A DNA stretch of 64,000 nucleotides from Candidatus Melainabacteria bacterium 17Bon1m. Lineage in GTDB: Bacteria > Cyanobacteriota > Vampirovibrionia > Obscuribacterales > Obscuribacteraceae. Shown piece by piece: positions 55,983 to 64,000 of this stretch (positions within the stretch are counted from its first letter, which is position 1; every line of letters begins with the position of its first letter). The stretch lies in NCBI GenBank assembly GCA_032128875.1, contig JAVLKG010000003.1, forward strand, positions 385,008 through 449,007. The letters are read 5' to 3'. Under the pieces are notes generated by a model, which made no database searches, was not told the DNA's origin, and saw nothing but the letters and a program-made list of their open reading frames with translations. Made by a program: the position numbers and the translations under genes.

Positions 55983-57221
55983 ATGACCTGGGTCGACAAG
56001 TTACGATCGAATCCGTGGATGGTGCTTTTCGTCTGTTCGTTCGGACTTTTTCAGGAAGAGTTCCTCTACGGGATGGTTTGCCCGCTGACGCCTGAAGCGC
56101 CTGCGCATATTTCTGATGAGCACGTCATCAGTACTTTGTATGGCGCCTACGCGCTTGGAATGTTCATCGCGACGCCGATTTTAGGGCTCGTTACTGACCG
56201 GCTCGGTCGTCGCAAACCCATGATTATTGGCGGTGTGCTTTTGGGCATCGCTGCGATTCTATTTGCAATCGGAACCAGTCGAGAAATGCTGTTCGTCGGA
56301 CGAGTCTTTCAAGGTGCCGGCGCCGCTTGCAGTTGGACTGCTGGTTTGGCTCTGGTGGCGAAATATTGTTCGAAGCACCGCGTGCGCGACATGGGCTATT
56401 GCATGTTGGGAGCGACCACAGGTTCGGTCGTGGGACCTTGGGTTGGCGGTGAGTTATTCGATAAGTTCGGCTATCTGGCGCCGTTTTACTTCGCCATTGG
56501 TCTGGTTGTAGTTGATTTGATTCTGCGAGTAGTTTTTACTCCTTCAACTACGAATCCAGATAAGCAGCCACCTTGGAGCGAAACGTTCAAAGAATTGGGC
56601 GGCATTGTCACGGACAAACGAGTATTGTCCGCAGCCTTTGCTGTGGCGCTGGCTGCGGCTAGTTGGGCGTTGATGGAACCACTTTTCCCGATGCATGCTA
56701 TACGAATTGCCAATGCTTCACCTGCAACCGTAGGTGGTATCATCACCGGATCGAATTTACTCTATGCATTTCTTGCTCCTGCCGTAAGTATTGTGTGTGA
56801 TCGCATAGGCGTGAGGACGACAACGGCTCTAGGTCTGGCGATGACCGCAGTGTTCTTGCCTTTGTTGGCGCTTACTCCAAATTTGTTCTTTGCCGGATCT
56901 GTTTTGTGGCTAATAACCATTTCTTACGCGTTTACCATAAATCCTACTTCTGCAGAACTCGGAGATGCTGTTGACCAGCGGGGCTCTACGTCATATTCCG
57001 TCGCCTATGCTGTATACAATCTTGCCTACGCCATAGGCATGATTAGCGTCGATTCTTACGTAGAGTTTGTCACTGACTCAGCGCATCACCTTCAGTTGTT
57101 GCATATTCTGCTTATCGTGAGCGGGTTATTTGTCATTTGCATTCCGCTGTTTCTCGTGAAACCGCAAGTGTCCGAAACAGCGCCGCCTGCGGAAGCAGAG
57201 ACACCCGCTTCAACGGGTTAG
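55983..57221 (+). CDS. MFS transporter (DHA1/VMAT-like)
   Basis: Motif A GLVTDRLGRRK, GRVFQG, GPWVGG; about 12 TMs. Confidence 0.9.
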   Translation: MTWVDKLRSNPWMVLFVCSFGLFQEEFLYGMVCPLTPEAPAHISDEHVISTLYGAYALGMFIATPILGLVTDRLGRRKPMIIGGVLLGIAAILFAIGTSREMLFVGRVFQGAGAACSWTAGLALVAKYCSKHRVRDMGYCMLGATTGSVVGPWVGGELFDKFGYLAPFYFAIGLVVVDLILRVVFTPSTTNPDKQPPWSETFKELGGIVTDKRVLSAAFAVALAAASWALMEPLFPMHAIRIANASPATVGGIITGSNLLYAFLAPAVSIVCDRIGVRTTTALGLAMTAVFLPLLALTPNLFFAGSVLWLITISYAFTINPTSAELGDAVDQRGSTSYSVAYAVYNLAYAIGMISVDSYVEFVTDSAHHLQLLHILLIVSGLFVICIPLFLVKPQVSETAPPAEAETPASTG

Positions 57222-57332
57222 CTATGACCCTCCCCATAATCCGATCTAGTCAAGCAGTGCGAAATCGAGGAAACTTCGTCAGTTTTTAGTATGCTTTTTG
57301 CCGCTGGCAGACCAAGCCGTGGGGATACCGAT

Positions 57333-58805
57333 ATGTCGCGCTCTTTTCTTTCAGACCTAAGCCAGAGATTCGTTTCCAAAGAGGAGCGTTTTTCGCGCCG
57401 TGAGGTGTTGAAGGGCATGATGGCTGCGGCAGCAGGATTGATGCTTAGTAGTGCACTGCCGGGCACTACGTTTGCCAAAGACGGACGGCGTGTAATTGTC
57501 ATCGGTGCTGGCTTTTCCGGTCTAGCTGCAGCATTCGAGTTGTCGTGCGTCGGTTATGACATTGTGGTGCTGGAGGCGAGAGACCGCGTTGGTGGTCGTG
57601 TGCACACTCTCTACGATTTCGTTCAGGGGAAAACTGTAGAGGCCGGTGCGGAATTGATTGGCGCCAATCATCCGACCTGGCAAGCGTATGCCAAGCGTTT
57701 CAAACTGGAGATGTTGGAGCGCACAGATTATCCTGACAGTGCCAGACCTTGCTTCTTGAACGGTAAATTGCTCAGTCCAAAAGAAGCAGAGGCGTTGTGG
57801 CATGAGGTTGACGAACAACTCAACCTTTACAACGCGCTTGCTCAGAAGATCGATCCGATTCAACCCTGGAGAAGTCCAAACGCGCTTGCGCTCGATAACA
57901 AAACCGTCGATAGTTGGATTGATGATTTGAAGTGTTCTGAAGTTTGCAAGCGAGCGATCCGCCTGGCAGAACGCTCTGATGCAAATGATCCGGGATGGGA
58001 GAGTTTGCTCGGGCGTCTTTGCATAATCAAGGGCGGCGGACTGGAGAAGTACTGGACAGATACCGAAGTCTATCGCTGCAAAGGCGGCAATCAGCAATTA
58101 GCAGAGAAGCTTGCGGATGCGGTAGGTCGCAATAGGATTCGGTTGGAAACACCAGTCGTAGCTGTTGATATTTTGGACGACAAAGTAAAAGTCGAATTAG
58201 AGAATGGCGAAGTTCTCGAAGCTGATGATGTGATACTAAGTGTGCCACCAGGCACTTGGAAGAGAATTACATTTACTCCTCCATTCCCGCCACAGTTGTC
58301 GCCACAGATGTCGAACCAGGTGAAGTTTCTCTCTGAGGTCCGGAGCAGATTTTGGGAGCAAGACAACCTCTCACCAGACTCTTTGAGCGATGGACCTGTT
58401 GCGGAAACCTGGGATGCAACAGACAAACAAGCAGATGAAGGACACGCTTGTTTGACAGTTTTTGCTGGTGGAAATGCGGCCGACAAAGGAAGAGGTTGGA
58501 CGCACGATCAGCGCATGGCTCATTACGCTCTCGAGCTGGAGCGGATTTACCCACGCTACGGGCAGAATTTTATCAAGGGAATATTTGTTGATTGGCCCTC
58601 TGATCCCTGGTCTCAAGCTGGTTATTCTGCGCCTGCGCCAGGTCAAATTATTACGTTGGGACCGATTCTCTATGGTGGTCTTGGACGTTTGCATTTCGCT
58701 GGTGAGCATACCAGTTTTGCTTTCCAGGGCTACATGGAAGGTGGATTGCACTCAGGCGCTTCTGTCGCGAAGCGCCTAGCACAGCGCGATAAGGTGGTGT
58801 CATGA
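57333..58805 (+). CDS. Tat-exported flavin monoamine oxidase / L-amino acid oxidase family protein
   Basis: SRREVLKG twin-arginine motif; IGAGFSGL, LEARDRVGGR, GAELI, FAGEHT and GYMEGG. Confidence 0.92.
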   Translation: MSRSFLSDLSQRFVSKEERFSRREVLKGMMAAAAGLMLSSALPGTTFAKDGRRVIVIGAGFSGLAAAFELSCVGYDIVVLEARDRVGGRVHTLYDFVQGKTVEAGAELIGANHPTWQAYAKRFKLEMLERTDYPDSARPCFLNGKLLSPKEAEALWHEVDEQLNLYNALAQKIDPIQPWRSPNALALDNKTVDSWIDDLKCSEVCKRAIRLAERSDANDPGWESLLGRLCIIKGGGLEKYWTDTEVYRCKGGNQQLAEKLADAVGRNRIRLETPVVAVDILDDKVKVELENGEVLEADDVILSVPPGTWKRITFTPPFPPQLSPQMSNQVKFLSEVRSRFWEQDNLSPDSLSDGPVAETWDATDKQADEGHACLTVFAGGNAADKGRGWTHDQRMAHYALELERIYPRYGQNFIKGIFVDWPSDPWSQAGYSAPAPGQIITLGPILYGGLGRLHFAGEHTSFAFQGYMEGGLHSGASVAKRLAQRDKVVS

Positions 58806-59986
58806 GCAGTTATGTAACTGAACCTAGCGAGACAATGAAGTCGACTGGCAAGATTTGCTTTCGACTGTTGAATGCGTTGTCGGGCAGCAACGAGAATGTT
58901 TGCATATCGCCCTTGAGTATTAGCATTGCAATGCAATTGGCACTATCTGGTGCCGCCGGCAATACGCTTGATGAAATGCTGAAAGCGCTGGATATCCATT
59001 GTGCAGGGCGTGATGCACTCGCTAACGATTACTACAATTCAATGACTCAGCTTCTTGGTCAGCCGGTCCGTGGATTTGAGGGGCCTGGAGCGAGGATGGA
59101 GTTTACTGTTGCTAATTCTTTGTGGTCGCACGAATCTCTGGTGTTGCACCCTGGCTTCGTTGACTTTTTGCAGCGGTATTACGCTGCAGAAGCGTACACT
59201 ATGAATTTTGCGAACCCGCAAACAGTAAATGCGATCAATGCATGGGTTTCAGCAAAAACAAAGGGAAAGATTCCGTCTATCTTGGCTGACCTCCTGCCCG
59301 GACATGTTCTTGTTTTGATCAACTGTGCATACTTCAAAGCTCGCTGGGCCGCTCAGTTTAATAAGTCTGATACCATTCAAGACAACTTTTTCCTTTACGG
59401 CGAGAGCCCAGTAGAAGTTCCAATGATGCGTATGACTTCGACCCTCGCATACTACAAAGACCAGAATTGCGAAATTGCTGCACTGCCCTACACGGACAAA
59501 CGTTTTTGCATGTATGTGATTTTGCCTGCAAGAAACACATCGCTAAAGCATTTTGTGGCGAGCTTTAGCTTGGAGCAATACTGGAGAACGATTGCAGCGC
59601 TGGCAGACCATCATGGCGAGTTTTCGATGCCACGCTTCAAGTATCAATATGGGCAAGGTCTGCGGTCGCATCTCTCGCAGCTCGGCATACGAGAGGCATT
59701 CACGGAGCAGGCAAATTTCTGGAATATGTTGTCGCCCAACCAGGCGCAAATGCCCTTTCTCAAAATTGACGAGGTGATTCACAGGACTTTCATCGATGTA
59801 AATGAAGAAGGGACAGAAGCCGCTGCAGCCACAGCAGTAATGATGTACGGATCGGCAGCTAGAGCAACACCACCGCCGTTTCAGATGATCGTCGACCGGC
59901 CTTTTATGTTCGTCATCGCTGAGAAAAACTCTGATGCAATTCTATTTGCAGGCAGCGTTCAAGATCCGCGCCACCTCGGCAGGTAG
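58802..59986 (+). CDS. Serpin (serine protease inhibitor)
   Basis: NVCISPLSI, INAWVSAKTKGKI, YFKARW, hinge EEGTEAAAAT and DRPFMF signature. Confidence 0.96.
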   Translation: MSSYVTEPSETMKSTGKICFRLLNALSGSNENVCISPLSISIAMQLALSGAAGNTLDEMLKALDIHCAGRDALANDYYNSMTQLLGQPVRGFEGPGARMEFTVANSLWSHESLVLHPGFVDFLQRYYAAEAYTMNFANPQTVNAINAWVSAKTKGKIPSILADLLPGHVLVLINCAYFKARWAAQFNKSDTIQDNFFLYGESPVEVPMMRMTSTLAYYKDQNCEIAALPYTDKRFCMYVILPARNTSLKHFVASFSLEQYWRTIAALADHHGEFSMPRFKYQYGQGLRSHLSQLGIREAFTEQANFWNMLSPNQAQMPFLKIDEVIHRTFIDVNEEGTEAAAATAVMMYGSAARATPPPFQMIVDRPFMFVIAEKNSDAILFAGSVQDPRHLGR

Positions 59987-59993
59987 ATGTTTA

Positions 59994-60018
59994 CTGCAGA
60001 AAGCTTAGCTTTCTGCAG
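59994..60018. terminator. Palindromic hairpin between convergent operons
   Basis: CTGCAGAAAGCT-T-AGCTTTCTGCAG; no clear U-tract. Confidence 0.5.
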
Positions 60019-60040
60019 CAAGCGGCAACTTCGGGGGAAT

Positions 60041-61222
60041 TCAGGCAGCCGTTATTGTTGCCGAACGCTTTGCGCCCAGTGCTAACACAATGGGCAGCAT
60101 GAAAAATGGCGCCAATGCGCTAATTGCTAGACCCCAACTAAGCGATGAGTGGTCGGCAATCATGCCGACTGCCCATGGCATAAAAATTCCACCGGCATTG
60201 CCAAATGCGGCCAGTGCACCAAACATGGTGGCGCCGCCATTCGGGTACTTGTCTGCTGTTATCGCCAGCATGGTCGGCCATAAACAACTGCCGGTAAGTC
60301 CAGCAAGTACGCAAGCTCCCAGGGCAACCACCTTGATTGGGAAGAAAGAACCGAGTAGGAAGAGGACTACAGATATCCCGCATCCCCATGCCATGATAGT
60401 CACTGGATCGAGTCTTTCACTAAGTGCACCGATGCCCATTCGACCTATCGCCATGCAGATAGAGAAGAGAAATAGAGCAGTGCCACCAACCCATTGCGGA
60501 TATTTCAGCGCTAGTTCGGCATAGGCTGGGAGCCATTGTGCCATGCCAAGCTCCGTGGCGCCGCCTAAGAAAATAGCGATGAGTGCGCCGAAGAACCAGA
60601 GGTCTGTTGCAAGTTTTAGAAATGGAGTGCGCGCCGCCCCCTCCTCTGTCAATGACGGAAACTTTTGCGAACCCAGCGCAAATATGAGCAAAATCGGCAG
60701 CGGAATGAGAATGAGACATGCCGCGCGCCAAGAGATATTGCACTGTAAGGCGGCGGTTCCGGCAAGCACGGTTACGGTTGCACCGACACAGTAGAAAGAA
60801 TGCAGCCAATTCATTGAAGCAGAACGATTCTCTGGATTAATGGCAGAAACAACCGGACTCAATACCATGTCGAGTACGCCGGCGCCCACACCCATGATGA
60901 AGTTTGCAGCTAGAAGCACTGTGTAATTGGGCGACCAAGATGTTATCGCCAGACCTGTAGCCAAAAGTAAATTGCCTGCGATGGCAAATGATTTTGCACC
61001 GATTCTGTCTGCTAGTGGACCCGTTACCAAAATCGCTAACGTCAGTCCGATGAATGCGAGCGAGCCAATGCGACCAAGCTCTTCTTGAGTTAATCCAGTG
61101 CCACTTGCACCAGGAAATGAATGTTGTATTGACACAAGAAAGATCGGCAATAAGTTGATGCCGATTGCCAGGCTCATCATTGCGCCATAGCAGAGATACG
61201 TCAGTAACCGTGCCTGAGTCAT
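60041..61222 (-). CDS. MFS transporter (FucP/TsgA-like sugar permease)
   Basis: GPLADRIG, MNWLHSFYCVG, GATELG..QW and WPT motifs; about 12 TMs. Confidence 0.88.
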   Translation of the reverse strand: MTQARLLTYLCYGAMMSLAIGINLLPIFLVSIQHSFPGASGTGLTQEELGRIGSLAFIGLTLAILVTGPLADRIGAKSFAIAGNLLLATGLAITSWSPNYTVLLAANFIMGVGAGVLDMVLSPVVSAINPENRSASMNWLHSFYCVGATVTVLAGTAALQCNISWRAACLILIPLPILLIFALGSQKFPSLTEEGAARTPFLKLATDLWFFGALIAIFLGGATELGMAQWLPAYAELALKYPQWVGGTALFLFSICMAIGRMGIGALSERLDPVTIMAWGCGISVVLFLLGSFFPIKVVALGACVLAGLTGSCLWPTMLAITADKYPNGGATMFGALAAFGNAGGIFMPWAVGMIADHSSLSWGLAISALAPFFMLPIVLALGAKRSATITAA

Positions 61223-61259
61223 TTTGCTGACGATGGCGAATGCCAGACGTTGTGCGGTT

Positions 61260-61943
61260 TTAAGAACATGTCTTTTCTGCCACCGGGCAACCTTGAGCTA
61301 GCCACTCGCGAACATGATGCAGTGATTCGAAAACACCTTCTGCGATACTGCGCGATTCATCGGATGCTGGGAGTAAGTCCGGCACGAGGCACGAGCGCAT
61401 TCCGCCTGCGCGCGCCGCCAGCAGTCCGCTGTGAGCGTCTTCCAGAATCAAACAATTGTCGGCGGTGAGCTTCAGTTCGCTTTGTGCTTTCAGGAAAATA
61501 TCCGGATTTGGTTTTCCGCGCTCGACCATATCGCCGCCGATAACAACGACAAAGTAATCGAAAATTTCGTGGTGCTTTAGACGTTCGATTGCTTCCTTTT
61601 GAACGGTGGAGGTTCCAACCGCACAAGGAACATTGTTTTCCTTCGCCCAAACTAAAAGCTCTCGCACACCGGGTTTCAGAGGAAGGCCTTCTTTCTTGTG
61701 CAGCTCTTCATAAAGAAATGCGGCGCGGTCGTGAAACTTCGCCTTGTCGAAGCCGATACCAAATTCTTGCGCAAGGACGATTTCGGCATCAGCCACAGTA
61801 ATTCCGATCAGCTGCAGGTAGAGTTCGTCCGTCAGGTCAAACCCCATTTCTTTAGCTGCCTGTGTCCAAGACCGCTTGTAGTGCAGCTCGGTGTCTAGCA
61901 GCAAACCGTCCATATCAAAAATCAAAGCGTGAGGAGTGCGCAT
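61260..61943 (-). CDS. HAD-family phosphatase (beta-PGM/CbbY-like)
   Basis: IFDMDGLLLDTE, GTST, GKPNPDIF and LEDA motifs. Start moved to ATG 61943 because the upstream extension runs through REP DNA. Confidence 0.9.
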   Translation of the reverse strand: MRTPHALIFDMDGLLLDTELHYKRSWTQAAKEMGFDLTDELYLQLIGITVADAEIVLAQEFGIGFDKAKFHDRAAFLYEELHKKEGLPLKPGVRELLVWAKENNVPCAVGTSTVQKEAIERLKHHEIFDYFVVVIGGDMVERGKPNPDIFLKAQSELKLTADNCLILEDAHSGLLAARAGGMRSCLVPDLLPASDESRSIAEGVFESLHHVREWLAQGCPVAEKTCS

Positions 61944-61956
61944 TTTCTTTCCTATT

Positions 61957-62026
61957 GTAGAGGCGACGCCATGCGTCGACCCGGTCTTAATTTTTTGTCT
62001 TGTAGGGGTGATGCCATGCATCGCCC
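61957..62026 (+). repeat. Two tandem GTAG-type REP palindromes
   Basis: GTAGAGGCGACGCCATGCGTCGACCC and GTAGGGGTGATGCCATGCATCGCCC. Confidence 0.85.
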
Positions 62027-62074
62027 GGGTTAAGAGTTACACCTTATTTCAAACAATCAAGCTGAGACAGAAAC

Positions 62075-62638
62075 CTAGCAGCAAGGAGTCAGGACTTTTT
62101 CGTCAGCTTCTGGAGCTTGGAAAATGTCGATTTTCTTGTTTGCAAAAACGTTGTCGGTTTCCTCATTGCAGTAGGTGCTCACCTCTCCGATCAAGGCGGG
62201 CCCACCGACTGGTGCGAATTCGTGCCAGACGCCTGAAGTCAGTGTGACTCGTTCGCCTTCGCTCAATTCAAAAGGTTCGCCTGATTTCTTGGTTTCCATC
62301 TTGCGATTGATTTTTATTTCAACCGTGCCTTCCGCTTTGTGTTCTTCCGGGTTTTTATTCCAAAGCGTAAACTTCACTCTGCCGTGGCGAACTATGATGT
62401 CTTCTTTCTTTTCATAGTGCGTGTGGCATGGCGTGACCATGTTTTCACGCGCGTACATGATCTTTTCGCAGTATTCAGGCTCGTTGCACAAAAGGACTTC
62501 AACCAGACCGGCTTTTTCGTATTCGCCCAGTCCAAAATCAGTTGCGCACCATTCTGGTTCTGGCGGAAGTTTCCAGTTGTGTTTTTTCAAACACTCAGCG
62601 GCTTCTTTTAGAAGCATGTTGATTTCGCTTTGCTTCAT
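62075..62638 (-). CDS. D-lyxose/D-mannose family sugar isomerase (cupin)
   Basis: TDFGLG, YCEKIM, TPCHTH..KKEDII, GERVTL..GVWHEF and GEVST motifs. Confidence 0.88.
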   Translation of the reverse strand: MKQSEINMLLKEAAECLKKHNWKLPPEPEWCATDFGLGEYEKAGLVEVLLCNEPEYCEKIMYARENMVTPCHTHYEKKEDIIVRHGRVKFTLWNKNPEEHKAEGTVEIKINRKMETKKSGEPFELSEGERVTLTSGVWHEFAPVGGPALIGEVSTYCNEETDNVFANKKIDIFQAPEADEKVLTPCC

Positions 62639-62663
62639 TGTCTTTCTCCTGCATCTAAAGTTC

Positions 62664-62719
62664 GTAAGGGCTGCGCATGCGCAGCCCTGTAGGGGAGCCG
62701 CATGCGGCTCCCCTACAGG
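62664..62719. repeat. Two overlapping perfect REP palindromes
   Basis: AGGGCTGCGCATGCGCAGCCCT (22 bp) and CCTGTAGGGGAGCCGCATGCGGCTCCCCTACAGG (34 bp). Confidence 0.9.
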
Positions 62720-62724
62720 TGCGT

Positions 62725-63570
62725 TTACTTTGCTGCCACACCTTCGCGAATGTGCTTGACCGCACTCTTGGCGCTTTCACCGTGGTGAAGAACGGCTTGC
62801 AATGCTTTTGTCATGCCAATCGGATCTTCATGCTGAATGATGTTGCGTCCATAGATAAGACCAGCGACGCCCTCTGCAACGAGCTTTTCGGTGTGCTCCA
62901 AAATAGCTTGATTGGAAGCGCGCCCGCCGCCGCGCACGCAGACCGGAACTCCCGATGCTGCTTCGATTACTTTGTCGAATACTTCTTCTGGATCCGTCGG
63001 GTCAGTCTTGATCAAGTCCGCGCCGAGTTCTGCAGCCATACGCGCCAGAGTCACAACGCGAGCCGGAGTCAGATCGCCTTCCATATCGCCTTTATTGTTG
63101 CGGCGGAATGACAATGGTTCGATACCCATCGGCATACCGTAACGGTCACAGATGTTTTTCAAGCGAAGGATGTTGCGCACGCATTGCTCAAGCATCTCAG
63201 GGAATTCGTCCACTTGCAGCAGGTTGAGCAAGATGCAAGCAGCATCGAGGCGAACTGCCAGTTCGACGGCATCTTCATATGCTTCGCAAAACAATCGTGA
63301 TGAGGGCAGCACATCGTTGTAGAAATTCGCCGTGTCTGCGCGCAGCATAAGTGCCGGCTTGGTTCGTCCCGGTAACTTTTGCAGGTGTGGTGCTTCGCCC
63401 GGTGATAACAGCATGGCGTCAGGGTTGGCTTCAGCCAAAGTTTTCACCACCTTGTCCATGTTTTCAATGCCGTCCAAGAAGGCTGCATTGTTAAACAAAG
63501 CGTGGTCAATAGCCACAATCATTGTGCGCTTGGATTCGGGGTGGAAAAGGCGGTTTAAACGATAATGCAT
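62725..63570 (-). CDS. Class I aldolase, DhnA/LsrF family
   Basis: RLNRLF, VAIDH, AELGADLIKT (Schiff-base Lys), VRGGG and YGRNIIQH motifs. Start at ATG 63570. Confidence 0.88.
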   Translation of the reverse strand: MHYRLNRLFHPESKRTMIVAIDHALFNNAAFLDGIENMDKVVKTLAEANPDAMLLSPGEAPHLQKLPGRTKPALMLRADTANFYNDVLPSSRLFCEAYEDAVELAVRLDAACILLNLLQVDEFPEMLEQCVRNILRLKNICDRYGMPMGIEPLSFRRNNKGDMEGDLTPARVVTLARMAAELGADLIKTDPTDPEEVFDKVIEAASGVPVCVRGGGRASNQAILEHTEKLVAEGVAGLIYGRNIIQHEDPIGMTKALQAVLHHGESAKSAVKHIREGVAAK

Positions 63571-63888
63571 CAAAATAACCTCTGAAGTTTTCAACAGTTC
63601 AGACGGGGCGCCACTTGCGTTGGCAGATCTTAACACGCACAATGCGCGATTCGGCTCCTGCACAATACTTTCCAGTTTTCGCCAGAAGTTAATCCCTATG
63701 TAAATCAGGCGTGTTAATCAAGAGTACGAAAGACGGGTTTTTCGTCGTACCCAATTGGCAACCACCGAGACACGCAGGGCGACCGTTTTAACGCAAAAGA
63801 GAGAGCCCATCGGTTATCATCCTTTCTTTCAGATCTTTCGGTTCTTTCTAACAAAGAGCGCGGCTGGATTAAATACTAGGATTGCGTT

Positions 63889-63913
63889 GTAAGGGCGACT
63901 TCATGCGTCGCCC
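63889..63913 (+). repeat. Degenerate REP palindrome
   Basis: GTAAGGGCGACTTCATGCGTCGCCC. Confidence 0.7.
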
Positions 63914-63930
63914 GGCGTCGGGAGAGTTCT

Positions 63931-64000
63931 ATGCAGCAAGTCGTCAATAAAGCCAGCGAGCTACTGGCAGGGTTGGAGCGCGGCGAATCATTGCCGTCGA
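63931..64000 (+). CDS. Start of an unidentified gene, truncated by the right edge
   Basis: GGAGAG RBS then ATG; MQQVVNKASELLAGLERGESLPS is open to the edge. Confidence 0.45.
   Translation, partial: MQQVVNKASELLAGLERGESLPS

Noticed and set aside
61944-62021. N-terminal extension of the HAD ORF, and the small ORFs spanning 16506-16964 and 51295-51717
   Set aside because: They read through REP palindromes or the tRNA and have no protein-like features.

Overview
Gene-dense bacterial chromosomal window with about 46 CDS and one tRNA-Pro(GGG). I saw no rRNA, CRISPR array, transposase or phage genes. Cyanobacterial-type orthologues are present (NblS/Hik33-like kinase, coaD-cdv3 pair, SigF/SigJ-type sigma factor, PBP-A-like protein, HelY-type helicase), alongside fermentative adhE and many lineage-specific hypotheticals, and there are no photosynthesis genes in the window. 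This suggests a non-photosynthetic relative of Cyanobacteria (Vampirovibrionia/Melainabacteria, probably Obscuribacterales); that assignment is inference. From left to right: the end of a surface-polysaccharide cluster, a DUF4388/degenerate-GGDEF protein, a stand-alone dnaK, cyclophilin, nagB, a metzincin, a LysM-like protein, a TPR protein, adhE-STAS, an ABC-2 exporter with MlaC, a TadG-like protein, an orphan BREX PglX-like methyltransferase, RDD/SpoIIM, two giant tandem paralogues, cdv3-coaD-nblS/sigF, tRNA-Pro, a helicase, an amine oxidase-serpin pair and a sugar-catabolism operon. Intergenic spaces carry many GTAG-type REP palindromes. The most unusual element is the giant pair at 37484-46016. 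Both proteins lack a signal peptide and combine annexin-like repeats, a hydrophobic hairpin, a different repetitive spacer in each copy and a shared LysM-like C-terminal module. All calls were made by eye from motifs; no searches were run.
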